From contig CBDCWI010000002.1 of assembly GCA_965223325.1 (NCBI GenBank), positions 1,504,001-1,568,000 of the forward strand: 64,000 bases of DNA, read 5' to 3'. Position numbers and translations under genes: made by a program. The notes under the pieces are model-generated. The model saw nothing but the letters and a program-made list of their open reading frames with translations, made no database searches and was not told where the DNA came from. How positions within the stretch are numbered: the first letter of the stretch is position 1; the number at the start of each line of letters is the position of its first letter. The stretch comes from Candidatus Multivoradales bacterium (GTDB taxonomy: Bacteria; Acidobacteriota; Thermoanaerobaculia; Multivoradales; Multivoraceae). Positions 38,597 through 47,848 of this stretch are shown here, in pieces.

Positions 38597-38785
38597 ATGA
38601 ACGACGACAACTTCTCCAAACTTGCCGACAGCAAGAGCTCTTCTCTCGTCGGCGAGTTCTGGGCGTTCCTGCGCGACAACAAGAAGTGGTGGCTGGCACC
38701 CATCGTGATCGCCATCCTGCTGCTCGGCCTCTTGGTGGTCCTGGGAGGCTCCGGCGCTGCTCCCTTCATCTACACCCTCTTCTAG
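38597..38785 (+). CDS. Small membrane protein, SxtK/DUF5989-like
   Basis: EFWAFLRDNKKWWLAPI...APFIYTLF. Confidence 0.88.
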   Translation: MNDDNFSKLADSKSSSLVGEFWAFLRDNKKWWLAPIVIAILLLGLLVVLGGSGAAPFIYTLF

Positions 38786-38801
38786 GGCACTCGCGGCGTC
38801 G

Positions 38802-39455
38802 TCAGCCGACGGCGTAGTAGAGAACCGCAACGAAGTGGCAGCTGGTGCCGGCGAGGACGAACAGGTGCCAGACGAAGTGGCTGTAGCGCACCTTCGACAT
38901 GACATAGAAGGGGACGCCGACGGTGTAGCCGATGCCACCGAGGAGCAGCCACAGGAGGCCCTCGGAGGGCATCGCTGCGAATAGCGGCTGGAGGGCGAAG
39001 AGCCCGACCCAACCCATGGCCAGGTAGAAGGCGACGGAGACTCGACGGTGGCGCACCCCGAAGATCGCCTTCCAGAGGACGCCGGCCAACGCCAGACCCC
39101 AGACCACCCCGAACAGGGTCCAGCCCACGGTACCGCGCAGAACACCGAGGGTGAACGGCGTGTAGGTTCCGGCGATCAAGAGGTAGATCGCGGCGTGGTC
39201 GACCAGCCGGAAGATCTGCTTGGCGCGGTTGCGGGGCAGCGCGTGGTAGATGGTCGAGGCCAGGTACATGGCGCTCGCCGAGGCGAGGAAGACCCAGGCG
39301 CCAATGAGGGCCGTGGTGCCGCCGCGTTCGGCTGCGGTCGTAAAGAGAAGCGGTGCCACCACGACGGTCAGAAGGAGCCCGGCAGCATGGCTGATGGCGT
39401 TGGCGATCTCCTCGCCCGGCGACTGCAGGCGCTTCGAAGGCGGTGGGGTGTTCAA
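38802..39455 (-). CDS. Hemolysin III (PAQR/TrhA) family membrane protein
   Basis: EEIANAISH, STIYH, DHAAIYLLIAGTYTPF, HFVWHLFVLAG; start uncertain (TTG 39455). Confidence 0.88.
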   Translation of the reverse strand: MNTPPPSKRLQSPGEEIANAISHAAGLLLTVVVAPLLFTTAAERGGTTALIGAWVFLASASAMYLASTIYHALPRNRAKQIFRLVDHAAIYLLIAGTYTPFTLGVLRGTVGWTLFGVVWGLALAGVLWKAIFGVRHRRVSVAFYLAMGWVGLFALQPLFAAMPSEGLLWLLLGGIGYTVGVPFYVMSKVRYSHFVWHLFVLAGTSCHFVAVLYYAVG

Positions 39456-39474
39456 CCGCTCAGGCCTCGCAACT

Positions 39475-40587
39475 TCAACGGCCGGCGACCTGACGGTAGA
39501 TCGCAGAGTAGCGCTCGACCATTGTCTCGAGGTCGAAATACTCGCTGGCCCGCCTTTGGCCTCGGCGTCCCATCTCCGCCCAGTCGTTCGGAGAACGGTA
39601 GAAGTCGACCAGCGCCGCATCGAGCTCTTCGGGGTCCTCGGCGCGAATCAACCAACCGGTCAATCCCGGCACGACGATCTCTTCGGGGCCGCCCGAGCGC
39701 GTGGCAATCACCGGGCGGCCGGCAGCCATCGCTTCGACGATCGCAGCGCCGAAGGCCTCGCGGCGCCCGCTGTTACGCGTTGCCAGGATCTTCCCGTCGG
39801 CCATCTTGAGAATCTCGGGGACGTCGTGCCGCAGACCGGCGAAGACGACCTTCTTCTCCAGGCCGGCCACGCGCACCTGTTGCTCGAGCTGTGCGGTGTA
39901 GTCGGCATCGCCCTGGCCTACGAGGAGGAGTCGCAGCCGAGGTAGCCGTTCGTGGAGCCGCTCGAACGCTTCGAGCAACTCGACGTGACCTTTCACCTCA
40001 ACCAGATGGGCCACCGAGACCAGAACCACGTCATCGTCGCTCATGCCGAACGCGGAGCGCGCGCAAGCCTCGGCACGACCGAACCGTTCGAGGTCGACCC
40101 CAGTCGGTACCTTCTCGACCTTCTGCGCGACACGGGCGAGCTGCTGCTCTTGCGCATCCGAGAGGCACACCACTTTGTCGGCCAGCGCCAGTTTGCCGCG
40201 CCAGCGCCTCTCGTTGTAGGCCAGGTTGGTCTTCTCGGCGACGAAGCGCGTTCCCGACAACTTCGTCGCCAGCGCCTCGGTCCAGTCCGAGGAGTAGTCG
40301 AACGAATGACAGACGTCGGCCTTGCTGGCCACTGCCAGGCTGCTCTGCAGCATGCGCATGGCGAACTTGCGTCGCGGGCGCCGGTTGACGCGGATCGAGG
40401 GCAGCTCGTACACCGGACAGAGTTCGGCCAGGCGCCGCTCGAGGGCCGAGCCCGAGAGCTTCGCGACGCCGATCGAGGGCTCGAACTCGTCGCGGTCGAT
40501 GTTTTCCACGATGTCGGCAACGACGTGCTTCATTCCGGCGGTATCGAGATTGTTGATGGTCAACAGCAGGCGGATCTTCTCAGGCAT
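39475..40587 (-). CDS. Glycosyltransferase family 4
   Basis: TGVDLERF, VKGH, EAFGAAIVEAMAAGRPVIAT. Confidence 0.9.
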   Translation of the reverse strand: MPEKIRLLLTINNLDTAGMKHVVADIVENIDRDEFEPSIGVAKLSGSALERRLAELCPVYELPSIRVNRRPRRKFAMRMLQSSLAVASKADVCHSFDYSSDWTEALATKLSGTRFVAEKTNLAYNERRWRGKLALADKVVCLSDAQEQQLARVAQKVEKVPTGVDLERFGRAEACARSAFGMSDDDVVLVSVAHLVEVKGHVELLEAFERLHERLPRLRLLLVGQGDADYTAQLEQQVRVAGLEKKVVFAGLRHDVPEILKMADGKILATRNSGRREAFGAAIVEAMAAGRPVIATRSGGPEEIVVPGLTGWLIRAEDPEELDAALVDFYRSPNDWAEMGRRGQRRASEYFDLETMVERYSAIYRQVAGR

Positions 40588-40738
40588 CGCGGCGGGACTC
40601 CGGGGGGAGGGTTGGAGCAAGGAGGGGAAGGTCTGTGGGGAGGGCACGGCGGGTGGCCACCGTCGGTCGCCCTAGCATACGCCAAAAAACCAAGAAATCT
40701 CTTCTCTTTCAAGGTCCCCACCAGCAGCTGGTGTCCGC

Positions 40739-41779
40739 TCAGAGGTCGAGCGCCGCCAGTTCGGCTTCCGCCGCCAGAAAACCGAACGGCGACCAGTTGG
40801 GCTGTGACGTGACGTCGCGGAAGAGCTCGACCGCCCCCTCCTCATCGCCAGCCAGGAGCCTTGACATGGCCACCCCATAGCCCACCGTGCCCCCCGCGAT
40901 CCAACCGTCCTCGCGGGCCGCCGCCAGGAGGCCATCTTCGGTGATGTCTCCCCTGAACAGGCGCAGGAGGCGGTGGTAGTCACCGCTCTCGAGCAACTCC
41001 ATCTCGGCCGGCATGTCCGCAATCAGTGCGGCAGCATCGTCGTCCCGACCAGCGCGCCGGAGCGTCAGGTAGCCCCAGTAGCGCGTCGCGATCTCCATGT
41101 CGTCGTTCTTCGCTCGCTCGAAGCAGCGTTCATAGGCTGCCCACGCGACGTCCCACTGCCGCTCTAGGTAGTGCGCCAGACCGAGGTGGTAGTAGATATT
41201 GGTCTGCAGGGTGCTGGTTTCGATGCCGGCGGCGTTGGGCAGGCCGTCGGGCTCGGTGATATCGGGCTGGCCCAGGGTGAGCTCCGCCGCCTTCTCGAGA
41301 TCACGCACCGCCTCCGCGAGACGTCGCACCGTCAGGTAACGATGCCCCCGATGACGGTAGAGGCGCGGCTCGTTGGGAAAGCGTTCGATCGCCCGGCTGT
41401 AGTGGTCGAGTGCTTCGTCGTAGCGCCCCAGATAGGCCAAGCGCCGACCCACCCAGATCCAGGCCGAGACATCGCCCGGGTTATCCTCTAGATCGGCTCT
41501 TGCCTGCTCGAGCAGAGCTTGCTGCTTCTCGACCATTGCGGGCTCCAGCGGGCCCCTGCGGAGCGGTTCGCCCCGCAAGCTCGTCGCGCTGATCGGCGCG
41601 GTTGCCTCATCCTCGAAGTCGAGACTCGAGACCGGCTGGCGCTCAGCGGTCTGCTCGCCGTCCCCTTGCGTTCCCGGTTGCGAACTCGGTTGCGTACAGC
41701 CGCCGATCAGGAGACCGAGGAGGGCCAGGCAGGTGGGACCCAGAGCGACAGGATGGGATGGGGCGTTGTTGTTCGACAT
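40739..41779 (-). CDS. Tetratricopeptide-repeat lipoprotein
   Basis: Lipobox LIGGC; TPR helices (GRRLAYLGRYDEAL, LYRHRGHRY, YYHLGLAHY). Confidence 0.8.
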   Translation of the reverse strand: MSNNNAPSHPVALGPTCLALLGLLIGGCTQPSSQPGTQGDGEQTAERQPVSSLDFEDEATAPISATSLRGEPLRRGPLEPAMVEKQQALLEQARADLEDNPGDVSAWIWVGRRLAYLGRYDEALDHYSRAIERFPNEPRLYRHRGHRYLTVRRLAEAVRDLEKAAELTLGQPDITEPDGLPNAAGIETSTLQTNIYYHLGLAHYLERQWDVAWAAYERCFERAKNDDMEIATRYWGYLTLRRAGRDDDAAALIADMPAEMELLESGDYHRLLRLFRGDITEDGLLAAAREDGWIAGGTVGYGVAMSRLLAGDEEGAVELFRDVTSQPNWSPFGFLAAEAELAALDL

Positions 41780-41912
41780 GGTTGGTCTCCGGACCACTCA
41801 CCGAGACCGGCCGACGGACCTGCGAGGCAAATGGCTTCAAGCGAGAGGTTGCAGAAGCACTCTAACTGCAAGCGAACCGCATGCGCCGCGGCCTCCGATG
41901 CGAAGCCGGTGG

Positions 41913-41937
41913 GCGCGGGGGATCCCATCCCCCGCGC
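41913..41937. terminator. GC-rich hairpin downstream of the Calx-beta gene
   Basis: GCGCGGGGGA-TCCCA-TCCCCCGCGC perfect 10-bp stem; no clear U-tract. Confidence 0.4.
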
Positions 41938-41961
41938 GTGCCCGGTCTGTGGCTTACCGGC

Positions 41962-43254
41962 TCACTGCTCGCGACAGGTTGCAAAGGCCAGGACGTCGGT
42001 GACCGCACCCGACGCATGCCCGGCGGGATTCTCATAGACCCTTGTGCTGCCCGTCAGGAGGTCGGTGACCTCGATCGTGTACTCGACATCGGTCGTCGCG
42101 GCGTAGAACACCCAGTTGTGCCCGTTGAGCGCACAACCGTCGAGGACCTTCATCAACACCTCGACGTTCTCGTCACTGAAGAACCACGCCAGGCCAGCTG
42201 CGTCGGTGGCGGGAGTCCAGTGGAACACGCCGCTCTCGCCGTTGCCGGCGGTCCAGCGACCGGTCGCCTGGAAGCGGCCGTCGCGCAAGCACAGGGTTTC
42301 GTCGCTCGGCACGCATGAACTCGGCCCCCTGTCGTCGTCGATGATGAGCACCGACGCGCTATCGCGACGTCCTAGTTCGGCGTCGCCGTGAGCCTCGGTG
42401 AGCAAAACGGTGATGGTTTCGGGGCGCTCGCGCTCATCGTCGTCGAAAAGGGCCACGGTGAAGCTCTTTCTGCCAGTCTCGCCGTCACCCCAGGACACGG
42501 TCCCGGCATCGGCCATGAAATCGATGCCTTCTAGAGCGCTGCCAGCGATGAGCATGTAGTCGACGCTGGCGGCACCGGTACCGCCGCGCCGCTCGAGCGT
42601 AACCGTCGCTTCACCGGCGGCCTCGAAGGCCGGAAAGGTCGCTGCCTTGAGCTTGATCTGGCTGGGTTTCGAAGAAGGTTTGCCGTTGCCGTTTCCTTGG
42701 TCGCCCACTTCGTCGTCGCCGTCTCCGTCGTCTTCTCCGTCGTCGTCACCGTCTTCGCCGTCGTCGCCATCATCGCTGTCGTCACCGTCTTCGCCGTCGT
42801 CGTTCCCTCCGGCGCGATCGGACGGTTTGATGCGCACGATGGCCGCGGCCGGGTGCCCTAGATTGACGCCTTCGGCGGGAACCAGCCGCACGCCGAACGT
42901 CTCTTGAGACTCGCGCAGTGCGTCGTCAACGATCGTAATGGCAAAGCTCTTGTCGGCGCGATCACCATCGTCCCAGGAGAGCGAGCCCGAGACATCCAGG
43001 TAGTCCTCACCCGCGGTGGCGGTTCCCGGAACCAGCTCCCAGGCCACCGCGACTTCGCCGCTGGAACCCCCCACCCGCCGAACGGTCACCGTCACCTCGC
43101 CGGCTTCTTCGGCGACCGGGAAGGCAGCGCCGCGCAGTTTCAACTCACCCGACCGGTCCGGCTTTTCCGCCCCCGACGCAACCGCAACCAAAGAGAAAAG
43201 GGACAGACACCAGAACCAACGAAGAGGACGAAAGAAAGGACACGAAGCAGACAT
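41962..43254 (-). CDS. Secreted protein: two Calx-beta domains, Asp/Gly-rich linker, Cys-containing C-terminal domain
   Basis: Signal peptide; GTATAGEDY...SLSWDDGD..KSFAITIVDDALRESQETF twice; C-terminal CVPSDETLCLRDGRF...KVLDGC. Confidence 0.82.
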   Translation of the reverse strand: MSASCPFFRPLRWFWCLSLFSLVAVASGAEKPDRSGELKLRGAAFPVAEEAGEVTVTVRRVGGSSGEVAVAWELVPGTATAGEDYLDVSGSLSWDDGDRADKSFAITIVDDALRESQETFGVRLVPAEGVNLGHPAAAIVRIKPSDRAGGNDDGEDGDDSDDGDDGEDGDDDGEDDGDGDDEVGDQGNGNGKPSSKPSQIKLKAATFPAFEAAGEATVTLERRGGTGAASVDYMLIAGSALEGIDFMADAGTVSWGDGETGRKSFTVALFDDDERERPETITVLLTEAHGDAELGRRDSASVLIIDDDRGPSSCVPSDETLCLRDGRFQATGRWTAGNGESGVFHWTPATDAAGLAWFFSDENVEVLMKVLDGCALNGHNWVFYAATTDVEYTIEVTDLLTGSTRVYENPAGHASGAVTDVLAFATCREQ

Positions 43255-43544
43255 AGGCCTCTCACTCCTGCTCGGCTACCGAGCACCATGGGTTGTCAGA
43301 GATGGGCGAACCGCAACATATGCATGAATGCCCAACTCTACACAGAGGGGCCCGTTTCTCGAAGGTGATTCAAGGTTTTTCAGGCAATGAAATGTGACAG
43401 GACGCAGGAGTCGTTGCCCTGCAAACACTTGCGGCATCGACAGGGGCAAGAACAAGTGCCCCGCACCAGCAAGAAGCGCTGAGAGGCGGCGCGAGGGGTT
43501 CAAAGGACTCGGCTGCGGCTCTTGGCGCGAGCGTCGTACCGCTC

Positions 43545-44462
43545 TCAGCCGTGCCGCAGAAACGTACCGCGCTCGAGCTCCTCGAAGGCATGCCGCAACT
43601 CGGACTGCGTGTTCATCACGATCGGTCCCCGCCAGGCCACCGGCTCGCGCAGCGGTCGCCCCGCAACCAGGAGGAAACGCATACCTTCCTCCCCAGCGTC
43701 GACGACCACCTCGTCACCGCGATCGAAGAGGACCAATGTGCGATCAGCCGCCACCTGCGCCGCGGGGTCGAGAGGACCGGGGACGGAGCCACCAAGACGT
43801 TCGGTAGGAATGGCCAAGGGTTCAGAAGCATTGGCGAAGCGGCCGTCGCCGGCGATCACGTAGGCGAAGGCCTGGCGCGACGTCTCCACCGGCAGGCGCT
43901 TCCTCGACCGCGGAGGCACCGACACGTCGATGTAGAGAGGATCGGCAGCGATTCCGTCGACGGGCCCCTGCTGGCCCCAGAACTCGCCACAGATGACGCG
44001 CGCGACGGTTCCGTCGTCGTCGGTTTGGCGCGGAATGTCACCCTGCTTGATCTCCTGATAGCGCGGGCCGGTCATCTTGAGCGCCGACGGCAGGTTGGCC
44101 CAGAGTTGGAGACCGTGCATACGGCCCGCTGCATCTCCCTGTGGCATTTCCTGATGCACGATGCCAGAACCAGCCGTCATCCACTGCACGTCGCCACCTT
44201 CGATGGTGCCGCGGTTCCCGAGACTGTCGGCGTGCTCGACCGAGCCCGCCAACACATAGGTAATGGTCTCGATGCCGCGATGCGGGTGCCAGGGGAAACC
44301 GGCCTGATAGTCCTCCGGACGATCGTTGCGAAAGTCGTCGAGCAACAGGAACGGATCACAGGCGTCGGGATCCCCGAAGCCAAAGGCACGGTCGAGACGG
44401 ACTCCGGCACCCTCGATCGTAGGCTTCGCTTGACTGATCTGCTTGACGGGTCGAATCGACAT
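43545..44462 (-). CDS. Pirin family protein
   Basis: DPFLLLD, GFPWHPHRGIETITY, QWMTAGSGIVHQEMP, GPIVMNT. Confidence 0.95.
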   Translation of the reverse strand: MSIRPVKQISQAKPTIEGAGVRLDRAFGFGDPDACDPFLLLDDFRNDRPEDYQAGFPWHPHRGIETITYVLAGSVEHADSLGNRGTIEGGDVQWMTAGSGIVHQEMPQGDAAGRMHGLQLWANLPSALKMTGPRYQEIKQGDIPRQTDDDGTVARVICGEFWGQQGPVDGIAADPLYIDVSVPPRSRKRLPVETSRQAFAYVIAGDGRFANASEPLAIPTERLGGSVPGPLDPAAQVAADRTLVLFDRGDEVVVDAGEEGMRFLLVAGRPLREPVAWRGPIVMNTQSELRHAFEELERGTFLRHG

Positions 44463-44484
44463 GACGTTCTCCTCAGGTTGGATC

Positions 44485-44517
44485 TGAGATTATAGTTGTA
44501 ATAACAATAATTCTCAA
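44485..44517 (-). promoter_or_regulatory. Sigma70 promoter of pirin overlapped by a palindromic putative MarR operator
   Basis: Minus strand TTGAGA(44517-44512)-17 nt-TATAAT(44494-44489); inverted repeat ATTATAGTT-N5-AACAATAAT. Confidence 0.7.
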
Positions 44518-44610
44518 CACAATCATTGCGATGAGGAAGGAACTGCCCTATTCTCTGGGCGCAGCGTTCACCGTCTCGGCTCCACCTGTAGTCTCCTCTG
44601 ACCAACCGCT

Positions 44611-45069
44611 ATGACTCGATCCCAAACTGGCATGGAGGCCTGGAACCTCCTGCTTCGCACCTACAAAGAAGTCACCGAGAAGCTCAAGCAGGAGCTGTAC
44701 GAGCAGCACGACCTCAAGCTGAGCTGGTTCGACGTGCTCACCCAACTGCGCCTGGCGGGCGGTCGCCTGCGCATGACCGAGCTCGCCGACTCTGTGCTCA
44801 TCAGCACCAGCGGCCTGACCCGCCTCCTCGATCGCATGGAAGAGGACGGCCTGATCGAGCGCACGCCGTGTCCCGACGACCGGCGCGGCCAATGGGCTGT
44901 CCTCTCGCCCGCCGGAAGACGTCGCGCTCGGGAAGCCTGGCCCACGCACAGGCGCGGAATCGACGAACTCTTCCTCGACCACCTGACGAAGCGCGAAGTC
45001 GAAGTCATGAGAAGCGCCCTCTCAAAAGTGCTGGAGGACTCCTCTTCAGCAACCGCATCACGCTCCTGA
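44611..45069 (+). CDS. MarR family transcriptional regulator
   Basis: LRMTELAD..LISTSGLTRLLDRMEEDGLIER..CPDDRRG. Confidence 0.93.
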   Translation: MTRSQTGMEAWNLLLRTYKEVTEKLKQELYEQHDLKLSWFDVLTQLRLAGGRLRMTELADSVLISTSGLTRLLDRMEEDGLIERTPCPDDRRGQWAVLSPAGRRRAREAWPTHRRGIDELFLDHLTKREVEVMRSALSKVLEDSSSATASRS

Positions 45070-45079
45070 AACGAACACC

Positions 45080-45958
45080 GTGACCGCCCAAAGCCCCCTA
45101 TCGGAAAACGCTGCGACGCTCCCGGTCACGGCAGTCGTACCGGTGCGCAACCGCCTCACAATGCTCCAGCGCGCGCTCTCCTCGATCGCCCGACAGACTG
45201 CTCTGCCCGAGGAGGTCATCGTCGTCGACGACGGCTCGACGGTCGACCTCGAGCCCGTGGTCCGTTCCTTCGCCGCCGAGCTGCGCACCGTCCTCTTGCG
45301 CCAGGAGAATCGCGGCCCCTCGGCAGCTCGCAATCTCGGCATTCGCTTGGCGACCCAACCGTGGATCGCCTTCCTCGACTCGGACGACGAGTGGCAGCCC
45401 GACAAGCTCAGGCGCCAGTTCGAAGCCTTGTCTTCTGAGCCGAGGCGGTTCTGCCACTGCGACGAGATCTGGCTGCGCAGCGGCGAGCCGGTCAGCAAGC
45501 GTGCGCACCATCGCTGGGGGTTTCGAGAACCCTTTGCGCATTCGCTCGAGCGCTGTGTCATCGCCCCGTCGACCGTCGTCGCCGAACGCTCTCTGCTTCT
45601 CGAAGTCGGACTCTTCGACGAGGGTCTACCTGCGTGCGAAGACTACGACCTGTGGCTGCGCATCCTGGTCCGCCAGGAGGTGCTCTACGTCGACGAGACG
45701 CTGGTCATCCGGCACGCCGGACACGCCGATCAGCTCTCGAGCACTATCGGTGGCCTCGACCGCTTCCGGGTCCGCGCACTCGAGAAGCTGCTCGACCCGC
45801 AACAGGTCGACGCCCAGCTTCTCGACTCCAGCCGGCGTGCACAGGTCACCCGGGAGCTCGAGCGCAAGCAGAGAATCGTAGAAGCCGGAGCGGCACGCCG
45901 CAGTGCACGCGCTCCGTCTTCAGGTTCCGAGCTCGACTCTCTTGGACTCGGCCAATGA
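45080..45958 (+). CDS. Glycosyltransferase family 2
   Basis: VVPVRNR, VDDGST, GPSAARN, FLDSDD, CEDYDLWLR, GHADQLS. Confidence 0.9.
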   Translation: MTAQSPLSENAATLPVTAVVPVRNRLTMLQRALSSIARQTALPEEVIVVDDGSTVDLEPVVRSFAAELRTVLLRQENRGPSAARNLGIRLATQPWIAFLDSDDEWQPDKLRRQFEALSSEPRRFCHCDEIWLRSGEPVSKRAHHRWGFREPFAHSLERCVIAPSTVVAERSLLLEVGLFDEGLPACEDYDLWLRILVRQEVLYVDETLVIRHAGHADQLSSTIGGLDRFRVRALEKLLDPQQVDAQLLDSSRRAQVTRELERKQRIVEAGAARRSARAPSSGSELDSLGLGQ

Positions 45959-46851
45959 CCGGCGCCTGTTCTCCGCACCTTCACATCACCGTCGCCCTGC
46001 GCTCGGAGGCGCGCCCCCTGGTGCGTGTCTTCGGCCTCACACCCGTAGCGCAGGCGAGGAGCTTTCCGGTCTGGGGGTCCGCCGACGTGCGCCTGGTCGT
46101 CACCGGCGTTGGCAGAGAACGCGCCGCCGCGGGCGCTGCATTCCTGCAGGGCCTCGGCGGCGACCTGACAGAGCGCGCCTGGCTCAACGTCGGCATCGCC
46201 GGCCACCCCACGCTCGCCGTCGGCGAGGTTCGGGCCGCCGATCGCATCGACTCTCTCGGCGGAGGGGCGCTTGCACCCCGCTCCTTTTATCCGTCGGGGA
46301 TCCTGGGCTCGCCGGTTCCTACCGCTCGCGTGATCACCGTCTCTGACGTCGAAGAGGACTACCCCGACGACGCTCTCTACGAGATGGAAGCCGCGGCGTT
46401 CTGGCAGACGGTGCAACGTTTCACCACCGCCGACCTCATCCAGGTCGTCAAAGTGGTTTCAGACAACAAGACGGAGTCGGTGTACGCCCTCGACGCCCGG
46501 CGCATCGAGGAGCTCATCGTAGGATCCTGCCCTCTCATCCAGGAGATCGCAGTGCGGCTCCTTGAACTGGTTTCCGAGATCGCGCCGCAGCTCCCCTCGC
46601 CCGACCGCATGGCGACCCGCCTCGGGTTCGAACGCGCCAGCGTCACCTCGAAACGTCAGCTCGCGCGGCTCCTCCAACGCGCTCACGCCCTGGGCCTGGG
46701 AGAGGGCGAGGTACTCGAAGCCGCCCGGAGCAGTCGAGGAGGCACCCGTCCCGTCCTCGAGGCACTCGAGCAGCTCCTCGAGAGTCGCACGCAAACGCTC
46801 TACGCCAGCGAGCTGGGAGCTCCCCCTGATGTACCGAAGGGCGGAGCATGA
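45955..46851 (+). CDS. Nucleoside phosphorylase / MTA-SAH nucleosidase-fold protein
   Basis: ALRSEARPL, VTGVG, NVGIAG, YEMEAAAF, KVVSDN; ATGA overlap with the GT2 stop. Confidence 0.8.
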   Translation: MTGACSPHLHITVALRSEARPLVRVFGLTPVAQARSFPVWGSADVRLVVTGVGRERAAAGAAFLQGLGGDLTERAWLNVGIAGHPTLAVGEVRAADRIDSLGGGALAPRSFYPSGILGSPVPTARVITVSDVEEDYPDDALYEMEAAAFWQTVQRFTTADLIQVVKVVSDNKTESVYALDARRIEELIVGSCPLIQEIAVRLLELVSEIAPQLPSPDRMATRLGFERASVTSKRQLARLLQRAHALGLGEGEVLEAARSSRGGTRPVLEALEQLLESRTQTLYASELGAPPDVPKGGA

Positions 46852-47840
46852 TCGATCGCATCTACGTCGAAGACGGGATCGGCGCGCACCCTCGAACCGC
46901 CGCGATCCAGAACGCTCTGCCGCACGCGAAGCGCATCGCCTGCAACCGCTACGGCGAGATCTTCAACCGCCGGCGACAGAGTTTCCGCTTGCAGAAGCAG
47001 AATCCGGCGCTCATCCTGGCAGAGAAGAAGGAACGACGCGTCCTCCCGACGCCTCCCGACTACGGCATCGGCGGCGCGCGAAACTTCTACTTCTCGCACA
47101 TGCTCAACTGCATCTACGACTGTCGCTACTGTTTTCTCCAGGGCATGTTGCGCTCGGCCCACTTCGTCCTCTTCGTCAACTACGAAGACTTCGCACTTGA
47201 CCTCGACAACACCCTCTCCCTGCACGCCGACGAAGACTGCTACTTCTTTTCGGGCTACGACTGCGACAGCCTGGCGCTCGAAGGCCTGAGCGGCTTCGCT
47301 CGCTTCTTCCTGCCCTTCTTCGCCGAACGACCGCGCGCAGTGCTCGAGCTGCGTACCAAGAGCGTGCAGATCGAGAGCCTGCTGGCCCATCCGCCGCTCC
47401 CGAACGTAGTGGTCGCCTGGAGTGTCTCACCCGACCCGATCCAGCGCGCTCTCGAGCACAAGACGCCAACGCTCGAACGCCGGTTGGCCGCCGCGAAGAA
47501 GCTCCAAGACGCCGGCTGGCCGATCGGCCTGCGCTTTGACCCGCTCATCTACAGCCAGGACGCCCAGGAAGAGTTCGCTCAGCTTCTCGATGCGACCAGT
47601 GCGGCACTCGACTTCGATCGCCTGCACTCGGTAAGCCTCGGAGTCTTCCGCCTCCCGCGCGATTTCCACCGACGGCTGGTACGCCTCTACCCGGAGTCGC
47701 CCATGCTGGCCGCCCCGACCGAACAGCAGAATGGCATGGTCACCTATCGAGAAGAGCTGCGAGAGGCACTCTTCGATGGTTGCCGCGACCAACTCCTCGA
47801 GCGAGTCGCCGCCGATCGCTACTACCCTTGCCTGAGTTGA
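46848..47840 (+). CDS. Spore-photoproduct-lyase-like radical SAM protein
   Basis: NCIYDCRYCFLQ, DSLALE, ELRTKS, WSVSP..IQ..LEHKT..L..RL.AA, GLRFDPLI. Confidence 0.85.
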   Translation: MIDRIYVEDGIGAHPRTAAIQNALPHAKRIACNRYGEIFNRRRQSFRLQKQNPALILAEKKERRVLPTPPDYGIGGARNFYFSHMLNCIYDCRYCFLQGMLRSAHFVLFVNYEDFALDLDNTLSLHADEDCYFFSGYDCDSLALEGLSGFARFFLPFFAERPRAVLELRTKSVQIESLLAHPPLPNVVVAWSVSPDPIQRALEHKTPTLERRLAAAKKLQDAGWPIGLRFDPLIYSQDAQEEFAQLLDATSAALDFDRLHSVSLGVFRLPRDFHRRLVRLYPESPMLAAPTEQQNGMVTYREELREALFDGCRDQLLERVAADRYYPCLS

Positions 47841-47848
47841 ACGGCACG

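Noticed and set aside
36297-38785. Saxitoxin biosynthesis cluster
   Set aside because: No sxtA/sxtG-like core genes in the window; the trio is widespread in non-producers.
43320-43410. Possible third copy of the ECF motif upstream of the Calx-beta gene (GAGAAAC...CCCCTCT)
   Set aside because: It lacks GTGAGAAG and the ACGT at the required spacing.
43551-44495. 314-aa plus-strand ORF antisense to pirin
   Set aside because: No recognisable motifs; long antisense ORFs are expected in GC-rich coding DNA.
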